Assembly (NCBI GenBank): GCA_036679605.1
Contig: JAZDCZ010000347.1
Location: 59,751 to 123,750 of the forward strand
Direction: 5' to 3'
Source of the DNA: Gemmatimonadota bacterium
Lineage (GTDB): Bacteria; Gemmatimonadota; Gemmatimonadetes; Gemmatimonadales; GWC2-71-9
DNA length: 64,000 nt
Below are positions 11,001 through 22,200 of this stretch, piece after piece (the stretch's first letter is position 1; each line of letters begins with the position of its first letter). Made by a program: the position numbers and the translations under genes. Under the pieces are notes generated by a model. That model was not told the DNA's origin. It did no database searches and worked only from the letters and a program-made list of their open reading frames with translations.

Positions 11001-11698
11001 ATCATCTTGGCGTTGTACCAGTCGGCGCTCTCGCACACGTCAGTCTGCTCCCCCCAAATTTCAGGGAACGCGGTGGGCAAGTCACAGTACCAGTCATAGA
11101 AACTGAGGTTGACTCCACCGAAGAGCTGGAGGAAACGTCCGCCGGCTGCATAGCTGAGCATCGACATCGCGGGAATGGGGCTGAATCCGATCACCCTGTC
11201 GGGGCCGTACTTCTCGGCCGTGTAGATGTTTGCGACGGCCATTATCTCCATCGCTTCGTCCCAACTCGCCCTCCGGAACCCGCCCTTACCACGGGCTTGC
11301 TGATACTTCCGGCGGGCACCTTCGTCCGCTTGCAGAGCTTTCCACGCCTTCATGGGGTCACCTGTTTGGCGCTTCTTCTCTCGATAGGCGTCGAGCAACG
11401 CGCTTCGTATCAGCGGGTACTTGATCCGCAACGGACTGTAGAGATACCACGAGTAGGAGATCCCGCGCTGACACCCCCGGGGCTCGTAAGGTGGCAGAGA
11501 ATCTTCCAGCAGAGGGTAGTCCAGTTGCTGAGTCTCCCATGTCACGATGCCGTCCTTGACATGGATCTGCCAGGAACAACCTCCCGTGCAATTCACTCCG
11601 TGGGTACTTCGTACAATCCGATCGTGCTGGAAGCGGTTGCGGTAAAACTCCTCCCACTTTCTGGTTTCCGGCGCGATGATGTCTTTGATCCAGCCCAT
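8053..11698 (-). pseudogene. narG: Respiratory nitrate reductase alpha subunit, split into two ORFs (8786-11698 and 8053-8889) by a frameshift
   Basis: [48 protein letters not shown]; frame broken by the 31-bp duplication at 8872-8933 (may be an assembly error). Confidence 0.9.
8872..8933. repeat. Perfect 31-bp tandem duplication inside narG
   Basis: cgtagagagatgcagcactacattggctgcc at 8872-8902 and 8903-8933. Confidence 0.95.
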
Positions 11699-11731
11699 AA
11701 TATTTTTCCTGACTTCTTGCTAGTCGTGGAT

Positions 11732-12607
11732 TCAGGTGGTCTTGATCTGCCTGTCGTAGATCGACTGGTTGACGGAATCCCTCTTCCTCTTGCCCCAGGC
11801 AAGAGAGTAGAGACCCATGAGCAGAGCGGTGCCCAACAGTCCCGCGCCAAACAGCTTGGGACCGTAGTCGCGCGGCTGGTGCAACGCATGTTCCGAGTCT
11901 GCGCGCTGTAAAAAGCCGACCAAGCCCGCCACCTCCTCATTTGTGAGCGACTTCCCTTTGTAAGCCCGTTGCATCACGGGGAACGGAGGACTTCCGAGAA
12001 TCGCCCGAACTCCGGGCCCGCCCAACCGCGAGAACACTGTCGTGAGTTCGCGGGCCAACACTCCGCCTCCAATGACTGCGTCGTTCGTTACCTCGTGGCA
12101 CGAGTTGCATGTCGGTCCGCCGTTCACGAACCGAGTCTTTCCCTGAAATAGGTTCTGCCCCAGGAGGACCTGCTCCTCTGTAACCTCTTCGACCGCGGCC
12201 GGCTGCACGGGGCCGGCTGACGTACCTGCACGCGTGTATGCGATGACCGCCCGGACCTGATCGTCGGAGAGAGGTTGATCTGGCATTGTGATTTGGCTGA
12301 ACTCGCTGAAGATTGCCACAGCATCAGGATCGCCGGCTGCCACAACTTGCTGAGAGTGCTGTACGAAGCGGATGATCCACTCCTCGCTGCGACGCTCGCT
12401 GACACCTTGGAGGTCGGGCCCTACGAGTCGGCCACCACCGACAGTGTGGCACACAGCACAGGAAGTCTGGAAGATTTCCTGGCCCTGGTTCCCCTGCCCC
12501 TGGTCCGCCCAAACTGGGCCCACTTGCAGTGACAATCCGGCCGCGGTCACGCAGACAACAGCCAAGGCCGGAAAGGCGGCAAACCTATTCTTGAACCTCA
12601 AAGTCAT
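11732..12607 (-). CDS. Di-heme c-type cytochrome with signal peptide and C-terminal membrane anchor (NarC-like)
   Basis: CAVCH and CNSCH heme motifs; likely start MTLRFK at 12607 with GAGGAG/GAGG upstream; directly precedes narG. Confidence 0.85.
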   Translation of the reverse strand: MTLRFKNRFAAFPALAVVCVTAAGLSLQVGPVWADQGQGNQGQEIFQTSCAVCHTVGGGRLVGPDLQGVSERRSEEWIIRFVQHSQQVVAAGDPDAVAIFSEFSQITMPDQPLSDDQVRAVIAYTRAGTSAGPVQPAAVEEVTEEQVLLGQNLFQGKTRFVNGGPTCNSCHEVTNDAVIGGGVLARELTTVFSRLGGPGVRAILGSPPFPVMQRAYKGKSLTNEEVAGLVGFLQRADSEHALHQPRDYGPKLFGAGLLGTALLMGLYSLAWGKRKRDSVNQSIYDRQIKTT

Positions 12608-12633
12608 CCTCACGTTCTCCTCAACGATGGTCT

Positions 12634-13062
12634 TCACTCCACATCCGTCAGCGCCGGCGCTCTCTTGCCGGCTGCATACTCGGCCAACGTGATTGCATCC
12701 AAGCAGGCAATCAGAGTTGGCAGAACCGTCTTCAAGTGCTCGTGCAACGGGCATGGGTTATTCTCATTGTGCCCCGACCAGAGCATGCAGTGTTCGAACA
12801 GCTCGGGTCCTTCTACGCTCTCGAGGATCTCCTTCAGCGTGATCGATTCAGCCGGGCGGGAGAGAGCGTATCCACTCCCGGGCCCCCGAGCTGCCGAGAG
12901 AATTCCATGACGGGCGAGTTTTTGGAAAATCTTGGCGAGAAATGAAGGCGGCAGGCCCTGCTCCTCCGCAATGCGTGCAAGCGGCGTGACTTCCCCTACG
13001 GGGTTGTTAGCCAGCACCGTGAGCCCTCGAAGGGCATACTCGCTTTCTTTCGTCACTCTCAT
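12634..13062 (-). CDS. Rrf2 family transcriptional regulator
   Basis: EYALR...FLAKIFQKL...RGPGSGYALSRPAESITLKEILESVEG; C-x-x-W...CPLH. Confidence 0.92.
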   Translation of the reverse strand: MRVTKESEYALRGLTVLANNPVGEVTPLARIAEEQGLPPSFLAKIFQKLARHGILSAARGPGSGYALSRPAESITLKEILESVEGPELFEHCMLWSGHNENNPCPLHEHLKTVLPTLIACLDAITLAEYAAGKRAPALTDVE

Positions 13063-13073
13063 ATTCCGGACAA

Positions 13074-13150
13074 TCCCGAGAAGAATTATCGGGAAATATG
13101 AAGTGGCTGCATGAGCTTGGTTTGAAGCGAATGTGAAGTTTTCTTCACAT
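13074..13150. promoter_or_regulatory. Candidate operator palindromes upstream of the nar operon
   Basis: TCCCGA-N9-TCGGGA (13074-13094) and perfect ATGTGAAG-N4-CTTCACAT (13131-13150). Confidence 0.5.
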
Positions 13151-13233
13151 AGATAGGAGGCCTCTGCCCTGACCTACAGAGCTACGACCTTGGGAACCTT
13201 GGTGACACCGAGCGAGGCGTCTTGCATCGCCTG

Positions 13234-14556
13234 TTAAGGGCTACGACTCGCACCACCAAACATTGGGATCGCGCCCGCTAACGCGGCTCCAAGAAACGGC
13301 AAACCCAGCACCCAAATCCGGACGCCCAGCCAGCCCTCACCGCCAATCCCATTCAGTGCCAACAGAGCCAGGCCACCGCACACCATTGTCGCACCTAAGA
13401 CCAACCGCGACGGCGACCTGATGGCCTTGCCCGACCGTCCCCCCTCAAACCATCCGAACAGCAACGCTAAGAGCGAGAGAACGACCAGTATCGAACCCAT
13501 CCAAATCGGACGGGTCCCCCACCACATACCTGAACCCGGCTCCAGCCCAAGCCCTGTTCCACCCAGCAGTAAAGAAAGCCCGATCAGAACCGTCAGTGCT
13601 GTAACGTGCCATAGGTAAATGGTCATGATCATTCCGTTAACCAATACAGTGGCCGTCCACGGTACTGCGCGCGCGAGCCAGTGCCGCAACGGACGTTCGA
13701 GCGACAGCAACAATCCGGCTTGCGCCACACCCAAGGCGAGCATCGGAAGCTTGGGGGGCAGTGTGTTGCTCACCTCATCACCGGGGACGCTGACCATGCT
13801 GATTGGATAAGGTCCCAGGAATACAATACCAAGCAGCACAGCTAGCCCCGCTGCGCCCCATGCCAGCATCTTGCTCGGTCCACCGAGTCTTCCGTCTCTC
13901 CATGCGTATCCCAACTGATGCACTGCAAGCCAGATGAACGCGTAGTTAGCCCAGCCTGCGCCCTTGAGATCGGTTGTGAAGAAAACGGCGTCGTCCACTA
14001 CTGTGAGGACGACCAACAACAACAGTGACCCGAGCCCGAACCGCTCCCATGCGCTAAACGTCATCGGCACCATGACCACCACCATCACATACACCGCCAA
14101 GAACCAGATCGGTACGAGTGCCAGCTGCGAAGCCACTTCGATCATTGCGGGATCCATGCCGAACTTACCGGCCAACAGACCGAACACTATCCACACCGCA
14201 AGGAGCGGTAGCACCGGCCCGATCAGTCGTTGCAACCGACCGTGCAGCCACTCGGCGTACCCGCGTCCAGCTCGCTTGGCAGACCTCCATGAAACACCAT
14301 TTGAGTAACCGCCCACCAGAAAGAACACCGGCATCACTTGGAACACCCAGGTCAGCCAGCGCACCCACGGCTGATGCTCCAACATGTTGGTTATCGTGAG
14401 ATCACCATTGATAAAGACAGGCGCCGCCACCAACCAGTGTCCGGTGATGACGGCGCCTATTGAGACCGCTCGCAGAAAGTCGACGTAGCGATTACGCGAG
14501 TCGGGCGTCCTGGTTGCTACCTCGGCAGCACGCGACCAAATATTGCGGGAGGTCGT
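13234..14556 (-). CDS. Acyltransferase family 3 membrane protein (start uncertain)
   Basis: RNRYVDFLRAVSI...GHW, TWVFQVMPVFFLVGGY, SNTLPP, MTIYLWH; the first ~120 aa of the 560-aa ORF overlap the upstream gene and look spurious. Confidence 0.8.
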   Translation of the reverse strand, partial: TTSRNIWSRAAEVATRTPDSRNRYVDFLRAVSIGAVITGHWLVAAPVFINGDLTITNMLEHQPWVRWLTWVFQVMPVFFLVGGYSNGVSWRSAKRAGRGYAEWLHGRLQRLIGPVLPLLAVWIVFGLLAGKFGMDPAMIEVASQLALVPIWFLAVYVMVVVMVPMTFSAWERFGLGSLLLLVVLTVVDDAVFFTTDLKGAGWANYAFIWLAVHQLGYAWRDGRLGGPSKMLAWGAAGLAVLLGIVFLGPYPISMVSVPGDEVSNTLPPKLPMLALGVAQAGLLLSLERPLRHWLARAVPWTATVLVNGMIMTIYLWHVTALTVLIGLSLLLGGTGLGLEPGSGMWWGTRPIWMGSILVVLSLLALLFGWFEGGRSGKAIRSPSRLVLGATMVCGGLALLALNGIGGEGWLGVRIWVLGLPFLGAALAGAIPMFGGASRSP

Positions 14557-14558
14557 GC

Positions 14559-16304
14559 CTAGTTTCCTTCCCGCTCGTACATCACCTTTCCTCCTACGAT
14601 GGTATAGACCACTTCGGCGGAGGGAATTTCCTCTTCGGGAACGGTCATGATGTCTTTTGAGAGCACCGTGATGTCGGCCAGCTTGCCCGGAGTGAGCGAA
14701 CCCTTGATGGTTTCTTCGAACGCGGCGTACGCGCCGTTGATTGTATATGACTTCAAGGCTTCCATCCGGCTCATGCGCTGATCCGGAAAGAATATCGTTC
14801 CGTCCTTGGTACGCCGCGAGACACTTGCGTAGTAGCTCCCGATGGGATTCACGTCTTCCACCGGCGCATCGGTACCATTCGTCACCACCGCACCCGATTT
14901 CATCAGCTTCTGCCAAACGTAGGCGCCTTCCTCTGCTCGCTTTTCGCCGAGGCGCTGAAGTACGTAAGGCGCATCTGAAGTGGCATGGATACCCTGCATG
15001 GCCGCAATGACTCCTAGCTGTGCAAACCTCGGAATGTCGGCAGCATTGATGTGCTGCGCGTGTTCTATGCGCCAGCGTAGGCCGGTCTTATCGGGGTTGG
15101 TCCTAAACGTACGTTCGAAGATGTCGAGGACCTCACGATTAGCCCTGTCACCGATTGCGTGCACATTTAGCTGGAAGTCATTCAACATCGCCAGCCGCGC
15201 CGTCTCCGTCACGCTGGGAACCGTACTCGTGTTGAGTCCCGAGCTGCTGGCCATATCTTCGTACGGCGCCAGCAACCAGGCGCCATGCGAGCCAAGTGCA
15301 CCATCGATCGTGCGCTTGATCGCGCGTACTGTAAGGCGGTGATCGCCCATTTCGTCGATACGATAATCAGGTAGTTTCTCGGCGAGCTGTTCGTTCGGCG
15401 CACGAATCATTACATAGAGCCGAACATCCAGACTGCCGTCTTCGGCCATCTCTTTGAATAGGTCTATAGTGCGGAACGAGGATCCCGCGTCGTGGAAACT
15501 GGTGACACCCTTGGACAACAACTCCTGGAATGCCAGCAGAGCCTGACGCCGCGGATCTGGTGGAGTCGCATCGCGCGTCGCCCTGCCGAGCAGTCGCTGC
15601 GCGGTCTCACGAAAAGCTCCGATCGGTTCGCCGCTGGCGTCACGCACGATCTGACCGCCTGGAGGATCGGGCGTCGTGCGATCGATTCCCGCCATCTCCA
15701 TAGCCCTCGCGTTTGCAAAGGCAGCGTGACCTGACGCGTGACGCAGCACTACCGGATTGTTAGGTGACACGGCGCTCAGAGCATCGTGCGTCGGCAGTCC
15801 GTCCACAGCGTTGTCCGGCGTCTTGTCCCACTTCTCCTGGTGCCAACCCCTGCCTCTGATTAGCTCACCGCCCTGGGCATCACCCACCACCGCAGCCACC
15901 ATGCTCACTATCTCGTCCCAGTTCGCGACATCCATTAATGCGAGCTGCATGTTGGCATCGCCCACGCCGAGGAAGTGACCGTGGCTCTCGATGAAACCTG
16001 GAATGACGAGTTTCCCATCCAGATCGATGACCTCGGTCTCACGACCGACGAACGCCTTGATATCCCTGTCACTTCCGACGGCCAAGATCGTATCCCCCTT
16101 CACCGCGATCGCTTGACCGTCCGGCACCGCGTCATCAACCGTTACAACCTTACCGCCCCGTAAGACGAGGTCAGCCGCAATCTCCGGCTCGGAGGCACAG
16201 CCCATGGCTAGCCCGGCCAATGCACAGGTAACCAGGCCCGTCCGAATTCGAGCACTCACAACAGATGATTTCATATGGGTCTCCACTTTGGCACCATGGT
16301 TCAT
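14559..16304 (-). CDS. Amidohydrolase 3 (YtcJ-like) lipoprotein
   Basis: PGFIESHGH, DGALGSHGA, HAIGDRAN, RIEHAQH, GTDAPVE, GKLADITVL; AMGC lipobox. Confidence 0.9.
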   Translation of the reverse strand: MNHGAKVETHMKSSVVSARIRTGLVTCALAGLAMGCASEPEIAADLVLRGGKVVTVDDAVPDGQAIAVKGDTILAVGSDRDIKAFVGRETEVIDLDGKLVIPGFIESHGHFLGVGDANMQLALMDVANWDEIVSMVAAVVGDAQGGELIRGRGWHQEKWDKTPDNAVDGLPTHDALSAVSPNNPVVLRHASGHAAFANARAMEMAGIDRTTPDPPGGQIVRDASGEPIGAFRETAQRLLGRATRDATPPDPRRQALLAFQELLSKGVTSFHDAGSSFRTIDLFKEMAEDGSLDVRLYVMIRAPNEQLAEKLPDYRIDEMGDHRLTVRAIKRTIDGALGSHGAWLLAPYEDMASSSGLNTSTVPSVTETARLAMLNDFQLNVHAIGDRANREVLDIFERTFRTNPDKTGLRWRIEHAQHINAADIPRFAQLGVIAAMQGIHATSDAPYVLQRLGEKRAEEGAYVWQKLMKSGAVVTNGTDAPVEDVNPIGSYYASVSRRTKDGTIFFPDQRMSRMEALKSYTINGAYAAFEETIKGSLTPGKLADITVLSKDIMTVPEEEIPSAEVVYTIVGGKVMYEREGN

Positions 16305-16425
16305 CGCTCAATCGCCTCGAGAATATTACCAACTAAATCATTGAAGTAACTGCGTCTCAGCACGCGTACGTCAGTAGCGAATAGGCATTCTCATACTACC
16401 TCAGCGACGCCCTAATCGCGAGCGT

Positions 16426-17349
16426 CTATGGCTCCCGGCGTGAGTCACGCCCTGGATCCTCCTGCTCCCTTCCCTCGACGTAGGCAGACCTCAACATCGC
16501 CATCGCCGAGTAGAGTACGACGATAACCACGAGCCACCGGACAGCAACGAGGGGAAGCGCCTTCACGATGAACGCCGCGATCAATACGGCCGGCAGCCCG
16601 CCAAGCGCCAGTCCCAGCGCAGCCTTGAGACTGTATGCGTTTGCGCGAAGAAACCGTATGCTCGCTACCGGCATCAGAAAGGCAGACGAACCCATCATGA
16701 TCGGGAAGGCCGTCGTGGGATTCATGCCGAGTGTACTGATCAAAATCATGGATGGTGCGTACATGCCGATGCCGATGGTCATGAGCGCACCCAGCACAAA
16801 GTTGGTGACCAGTGCTATACCGAGACTCACTCCTCTCAATCCCAGCGCGGCGCCACCTACTGGGACGATGCCAAAGTTAGCCATGACAAACGTTACTGCG
16901 GCGATGATTAAAGCGACGCCCATCCCGATTTGGATGCTGCGGCGCGGTAGGCGTGCAACCACGCCTGCCCCCAACCACGCTCCGACGACAGATGCGGCAA
17001 TCAAAGTGACGAGCGTAACTATGTCCACCTGCACCATGGCTATGAAGATGAACGCTTGCACGATCACCGGCGGAGTGTCACCCACATGCAGTGTACCTGG
17101 TATGCGTTCGTCCGGGACGACCTTGAAGAACTTGAACAGTGCTGTGGTTGGTGCGAACGAGCCGATGCCCAGGGTATCAAAGAAATTGGTGACGAACCCT
17201 ATTGCGGCCTTGAGCGGGGACGTTCTGAGCAAGGTGTCGGTACCGCCGGATTGTCGTACAGCACTGCGGACGCTCGCCATCCAGCGCACGGCATATACGA
17301 TCGATATGGCACCGAGTGCCATGAAAAGCAGCGTGCGAACATCCGGCAT
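16426..17349 (-). CDS. Sulfite exporter TauE/SafE family membrane protein
   Basis: NFFDTLGIGSFAPTT, GALMTIGIGMYAP, AFPIMMGS. Confidence 0.8.
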   Translation of the reverse strand: MPDVRTLLFMALGAISIVYAVRWMASVRSAVRQSGGTDTLLRTSPLKAAIGFVTNFFDTLGIGSFAPTTALFKFFKVVPDERIPGTLHVGDTPPVIVQAFIFIAMVQVDIVTLVTLIAASVVGAWLGAGVVARLPRRSIQIGMGVALIIAAVTFVMANFGIVPVGGAALGLRGVSLGIALVTNFVLGALMTIGIGMYAPSMILISTLGMNPTTAFPIMMGSSAFLMPVASIRFLRANAYSLKAALGLALGGLPAVLIAAFIVKALPLVAVRWLVVIVVLYSAMAMLRSAYVEGREQEDPGRDSRREP

Positions 17350-17595
17350 GAAGGCTTACCCCACTATACTCGAGAAATTCTCGCCGGAACATGGGGCCAA
17401 GACGCGGCGTTCGCAATTCCCTAGGGCAACCCGTATGTTCGTCGTCGCCCGGGAACCTCTGAGTCCATCGGGAAGGTCTCGGGTTCGAGCCTTCAAGGCT
17501 GGTTCTGAGGTCTTTGGTTCCGGCCTTGAAAGGCCGGCTCGGCAGCGCTTCGCGCTGACATGCCCTGAAGGGCAACCACTAATTGGAGTGAGTCA

Positions 17596-19173
17596 ATGGA
17601 AGTACCGCTTAGCGTCAACGATTTCCTGCGAAGAGCGGCCCAGCTCTATCCCGACAAGGTCGCAGTGATTGACGGCGACGATCGGTACACCTACCGAGAA
17701 TTCCAGTCCCGCGCCAACCAGCTATCGCATGCGCTGCTCGGACTCGGCATCGACAAAGGCGATCGGGTTTGCATCCTGAGCCCCAACTCACACTTCTTTC
17801 TAGAGAGTTTCTATGGGACGAGTCAGATCGGCGCCATCCTGGTACCGCTCAACTACCGTCTCACTCCAGCCGACCACGAGTACATCATCAACCACGCCGA
17901 GGTGAAGGTACTGCTCGTAGATCACGAGTACACCCCGGTCGTAGACGAAATCCGGCCTCGGCTCGATACGGTGGAACACTCGGTGAGAGCCGGCGGTAGT
18001 GGCAAGCCGCCGGAGGGATGGGTGGATTGGGAAGCACAAATCGCATCTCAACCCGACACACCACCGCCGACACCGGATATCGACGAGAACGACTTGGTTT
18101 CGATCAACTATACCTCCGGCACCACAGCTCGGCCCAAGGGCGTGATGCTGACGCACCGCAACTGTTACTTGAACGCGTACAACTTCATCGCCCACCTGCG
18201 CATCGTGCACGAGGATGTCGAACTGTGGACGCTACCGATGTTTCACTGCAACGGCTGGGGTGGAGTGTACGCGATTACCGGAATGGGTGCGACGCACGTT
18301 GTACTGCGCACGATCAACGGGAAGACAATCTTCGACTTGATAGAGCAGCATGGAGTGACGTTCGCATGCATGGCTCCCATCGTACTGCAAACAATTCTCG
18401 ACTATCCGGACAAAGACAAGCACACCATCACAACAAGGCCGCGGTTCACGCTTGCCGGCGCTCCGCCTCCGGCGTCATTCATCGAACAACTCGAACAGGA
18501 GTTGGGCTGGGAGTTTATCCAGATCTATGGCCTCACAGAGACAGCCCCCATTCTCACAGTCTGCACACCCGATCATTACACAGCCAAGGACAACTACGCC
18601 AGACGGAGTCACGCAGGCGTTGCGGCAGTTGGAGTGGATCTCGTGCTGCGGGACGACGACGGCAACACCGTTCCTCATGATGGAGAAACGGTCGGCGAAA
18701 TCTGTGCGCGCACCAACGTCGTGTTCAAAGGATATTGGCGACAGGACGAGGAAACCAGCCGAGCCGTTCATGACGGTTACTTCCACACTGGAGATCTCGG
18801 TGTGTGGGACGAGGTGGGAAACATCAATATTGTGGATCGCAAGAAAGATGTGATCATTTCCGGCGGTGAGAACATCAGCTCACCCGAGATCGAGGACGTG
18901 CTGTACAAGCATGACGCCGTCCAAGAGTGTGCCGTGATCGGTGTGCCGCACGACGAGTGGGGTGAGACTCCCAAAGCACTCGTGGTGCTACGACAGGACG
19001 CCACAGCGACCGAACAGGCATTGATAGAGTTCTGCCGCAACAACTTGGCTCACTTCAAGTGTCCGACGTCGGTGGATTTCGTGGACGTGCTGCCGCGGAC
19101 CGCAACCGGAAAACTGCAGAAGTTCAGGTTGAGAGAGAAATATTGGGGTGGTGTGGGGCGGCGGGTTAATTGA
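17596..19173 (+). CDS. Long-chain fatty-acid/acyl-CoA ligase (AMP-binding)
   Basis: YTSGTTARPKG, LPMFHCNGW, YGLTET, FHTGD, DRKKDVIISGGENI, PRTATGK. Confidence 0.93.
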   Translation: MEVPLSVNDFLRRAAQLYPDKVAVIDGDDRYTYREFQSRANQLSHALLGLGIDKGDRVCILSPNSHFFLESFYGTSQIGAILVPLNYRLTPADHEYIINHAEVKVLLVDHEYTPVVDEIRPRLDTVEHSVRAGGSGKPPEGWVDWEAQIASQPDTPPPTPDIDENDLVSINYTSGTTARPKGVMLTHRNCYLNAYNFIAHLRIVHEDVELWTLPMFHCNGWGGVYAITGMGATHVVLRTINGKTIFDLIEQHGVTFACMAPIVLQTILDYPDKDKHTITTRPRFTLAGAPPPASFIEQLEQELGWEFIQIYGLTETAPILTVCTPDHYTAKDNYARRSHAGVAAVGVDLVLRDDDGNTVPHDGETVGEICARTNVVFKGYWRQDEETSRAVHDGYFHTGDLGVWDEVGNINIVDRKKDVIISGGENISSPEIEDVLYKHDAVQECAVIGVPHDEWGETPKALVVLRQDATATEQALIEFCRNNLAHFKCPTSVDFVDVLPRTATGKLQKFRLREKYWGGVGRRVN

Positions 19174-19182
19174 TGGCCGATC

Positions 19183-19213
19183 TAACGCCCGTTTGACGCC
19201 CTGGCCTGAGATT
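19183..19213 (+). promoter_or_regulatory. Heptamer direct repeat promoter (SARP-box-like) of the regulator gene
   Basis: TAACGCC-cgtt-TGACGCC, 7 nt, GAGATT (-10-like), then ATG 5 nt later with no SD. Confidence 0.55.
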
Positions 19214-19218
19214 AGACC

Positions 19219-22200
19219 ATGATGACCGATCCGCCTGCTGTGAGCAAAGCTTTATATAGACTCATCACGCTGGGTCCACCAATGCTGCTGAAGACGGACG
19301 CTGAGGGCGAGCGTGTCATCTACACCATGGGGAAGCCGCTGGCGCTGGTAATCTACCTGTCGATGCTGCCTGGCAGAAGTGCCAGACGCGAGCACCTCTC
19401 CGCGGTTCTCTGGGGGAACTCTACCACAGCGAAAGGCCTGGCCGCATTGCGCCAGGTTTTGTGGCAACTCCGGGATCGATTGGGTGACGCCGCCGTAGTC
19501 AGCTCGGATCGCAACGTCTCCCTCAACATCGATTTGACTGTAGATGAGCAAGAGTGCTTGGCAGCCTTCAACGAGGGCGATTTTGCTCGCGTCGTGGAGC
19601 TATACACCAACGAATTCCTGCCGGATTTTGCGATCCCCGGAGCGGCAGAGTTGGAGATCTGGGCCGACGGAGAGCGGCAGCGGCTGAGATCGGCCTATCT
19701 CATGGCAGGAGAGTCGACGGTCCGTTGCATGCTGGACGAATCGCATTTCTCGGCGGCGTCTCACCTGGCCCATCGGCTCAGAGACTCCGATCCACTGTCC
19801 GAGAGGCTGTGGCGATTGCTGCTGGAGACCCTCGCCGCGGTCGGCGACACTGTCGAGATGAGATTGGAGATAGAGCGGCTGGAGTCGATGTTGGGCATGG
19901 AAGAGCGCGAGCCCGAGCCGGCAACGAGGGATCTCATACAACATCTCCGCGCACGACCTGACGCACGTCTCACTGAGGACGACACGTCTCATAGCCTCGT
20001 AGCCGAGCTGATCGGCCGAGAAAAGGAGTTCTCTGCTGTGATAGAAGGATGGCGCAAGGCAAAGGCGGGACAGCCTACACATTTTCACATAACGGGCCGT
20101 CCCGGCGTCGGAAAGACACGACTGCTCGACGACGTTCATGCCCGGTTGGACGCAGAGGGCGCGCGCACTGTCTATGTTCGGGCCCACCATGGCGAGCGTG
20201 CCATGACATTTGCTCTGGCGGGGGACCTTGCGGACGCACTGGCTCAGCTCCCCGGGGCAGCGGGCATATCTTCCGGATCCGTATCTCAGTTGCTCCATCT
20301 GGCACCTACCCTCTCGAACATCTACTCAGCGCGCCAGCCGGCGACAAACCCAACGGAGCAGGGCGCAATGAAGGCGTTGAGTGAGCTGTTGCTGGCCGTA
20401 GCCGACGAAGGCCCGTTCGCGATTCTAGTAGATGACCTGCACTGGGCAGATCGCTCTTCAATCGTCATCGTGCAAAGCTTGATTGCCCGGCTCGAGGGTG
20501 TGGGCACGCTCATCGTGACAACACAACGACCTCCCACCGAACCGCTCCCAGCTCCCTTCTCGGTGGCGCTCGAGCTAAACCCCTTGAGTTCTAAACAACT
20601 GCAACAGATGCTCGAGAGCCTGGGGTTGAGACGCAACTCGTGGTCGCGCGCGATGACGGACATCCTACACTCGGTCACTGAAGGCATACCGTTTCTCGTG
20701 TTGGAAATACTCAGACTGGCCCTCGACCGTGGTCTATTGCTGCTCGACAGATCGACGGACGCTTGGATTTGTCCGGACGAAGATGCGCTACGGCGAGAGC
20801 TACTCGGTGGGACGGCGGAAGAGCAGCGCATTGCCCGCCTTACGGAGCGTGAGCAAGGTGTCCTCTTGAGCCTCACCGTCGCCGGTATCCCACTGCACTG
20901 CCGGCTTATTGAGTCAATGCTGCAGATCGAATCTGCCGAATGCCTTGCACAACTCAGGAAGCTGGAGCGTGACGGATTCGTTGTTCAGAGCAACTCGCGG
21001 TGGGCGATCGCCCACGACAAACTTGCCGAGTCTATTCTCACTGGGACAGACTCTGCACGAGTTGCGGAAATCCGGGGCGCGTTAGCGAATGCTGCGGTAG
21101 CTATCATCCCGGACCCAGAAACGTTACGGCTCGCAACCCTACAGCTCGAGGCGTCCGGCGACAACGCATTGTTGCAGGTTGCATTCGGACACTGGTTGTC
21201 GTATTGGCGTGGCAGAGGAGATCGCCGCAGCGTACGGCAACTGGCGGCCGCATTGATTGGGGTCGACGTGCGCAGTTCCAGGGTGAGAGCACTTGTCAGT
21301 TCGTTGCCGTTGCGCAGGAGATTCCGCTATTGGTCCGTCACGACAGTGGGAACCGTGGCGGTGGTCGCGCTGGTAGTGGTCACGGGTGTAGCGGTCACTC
21401 TGGGATTGCGATCGAATCCTCCGTACCGCTTGATGGTCACGTCGACGCCCAGCGGACTTGCGTCGGATGTACTAACGATGATGCCGGCTCCAGCGATCGA
21501 GATCCGACACAGGGACGGAACGCTGGCGTCCGAGCTGGAAGATACTATCAGAGTGTCCCGAGTCCTGGGACCAAATCAGCTGACTGGTACTCTGGCGGTA
21601 GTAGCCGTTGGAGGTCGGGCCGTCTTCGATAGAATTCGGCCTGCTTACCCCGGTTCATCACAAGGAATCTGGGTGCTTCGCTTCGAGTCGTCTTGGGGCA
21701 CGGTGCAAACCGATTCATTCGAAGTCAACTATCCACCATCCCTGCATTTTGCAAGTGGCAGCATAAACGGTTACGTGGTGGATCGACGCGCGCTTACAAT
21801 TAGTGTGGGTCCTGGAGATTCACTTGTGGGAACCGTCGATCTCAGATACTCGACAAACTGGGGAGCGGCATCGATAGTTCTGGGCATGAGCAGCACATGG
21901 GAATCCCGGGAGGAAGTTGCACCCGGCAGGGCCCTAGCTACTCCGGTGCGCAACGGGTTGACGCGTGACATGCCTATCAACCTCAGGGCGCCGTCCGAGC
22001 CTGGCACCTACCATGTCATCTTCGCCTTTGCCGCCGAGGAGAACACGAAGCATGTTTTTTCGGGCACCAACTGGACGTATGGTGAGCCCGTGTGGCACGA
22101 CGGCAACGACATTGTTGACTGGCCCGACAGCATTTTGGGTATTGCGCGTACGACGGGTACGGGGACCAATCTGGTGCTCTGGCCCGACTATCCGCGTCAT

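Noticed and set aside
14557..14916. N-terminal 120 aa of the 560-aa acyltransferase ORF
   Set aside because: Overlaps the amidohydrolase 3' end in another frame and has non-protein-like composition.
10931..17668. Long antisense ORFs (e.g. 10931-11911, 16568-17668)
   Set aside because: They lie opposite well-supported genes, as expected for high-GC shadow frames.
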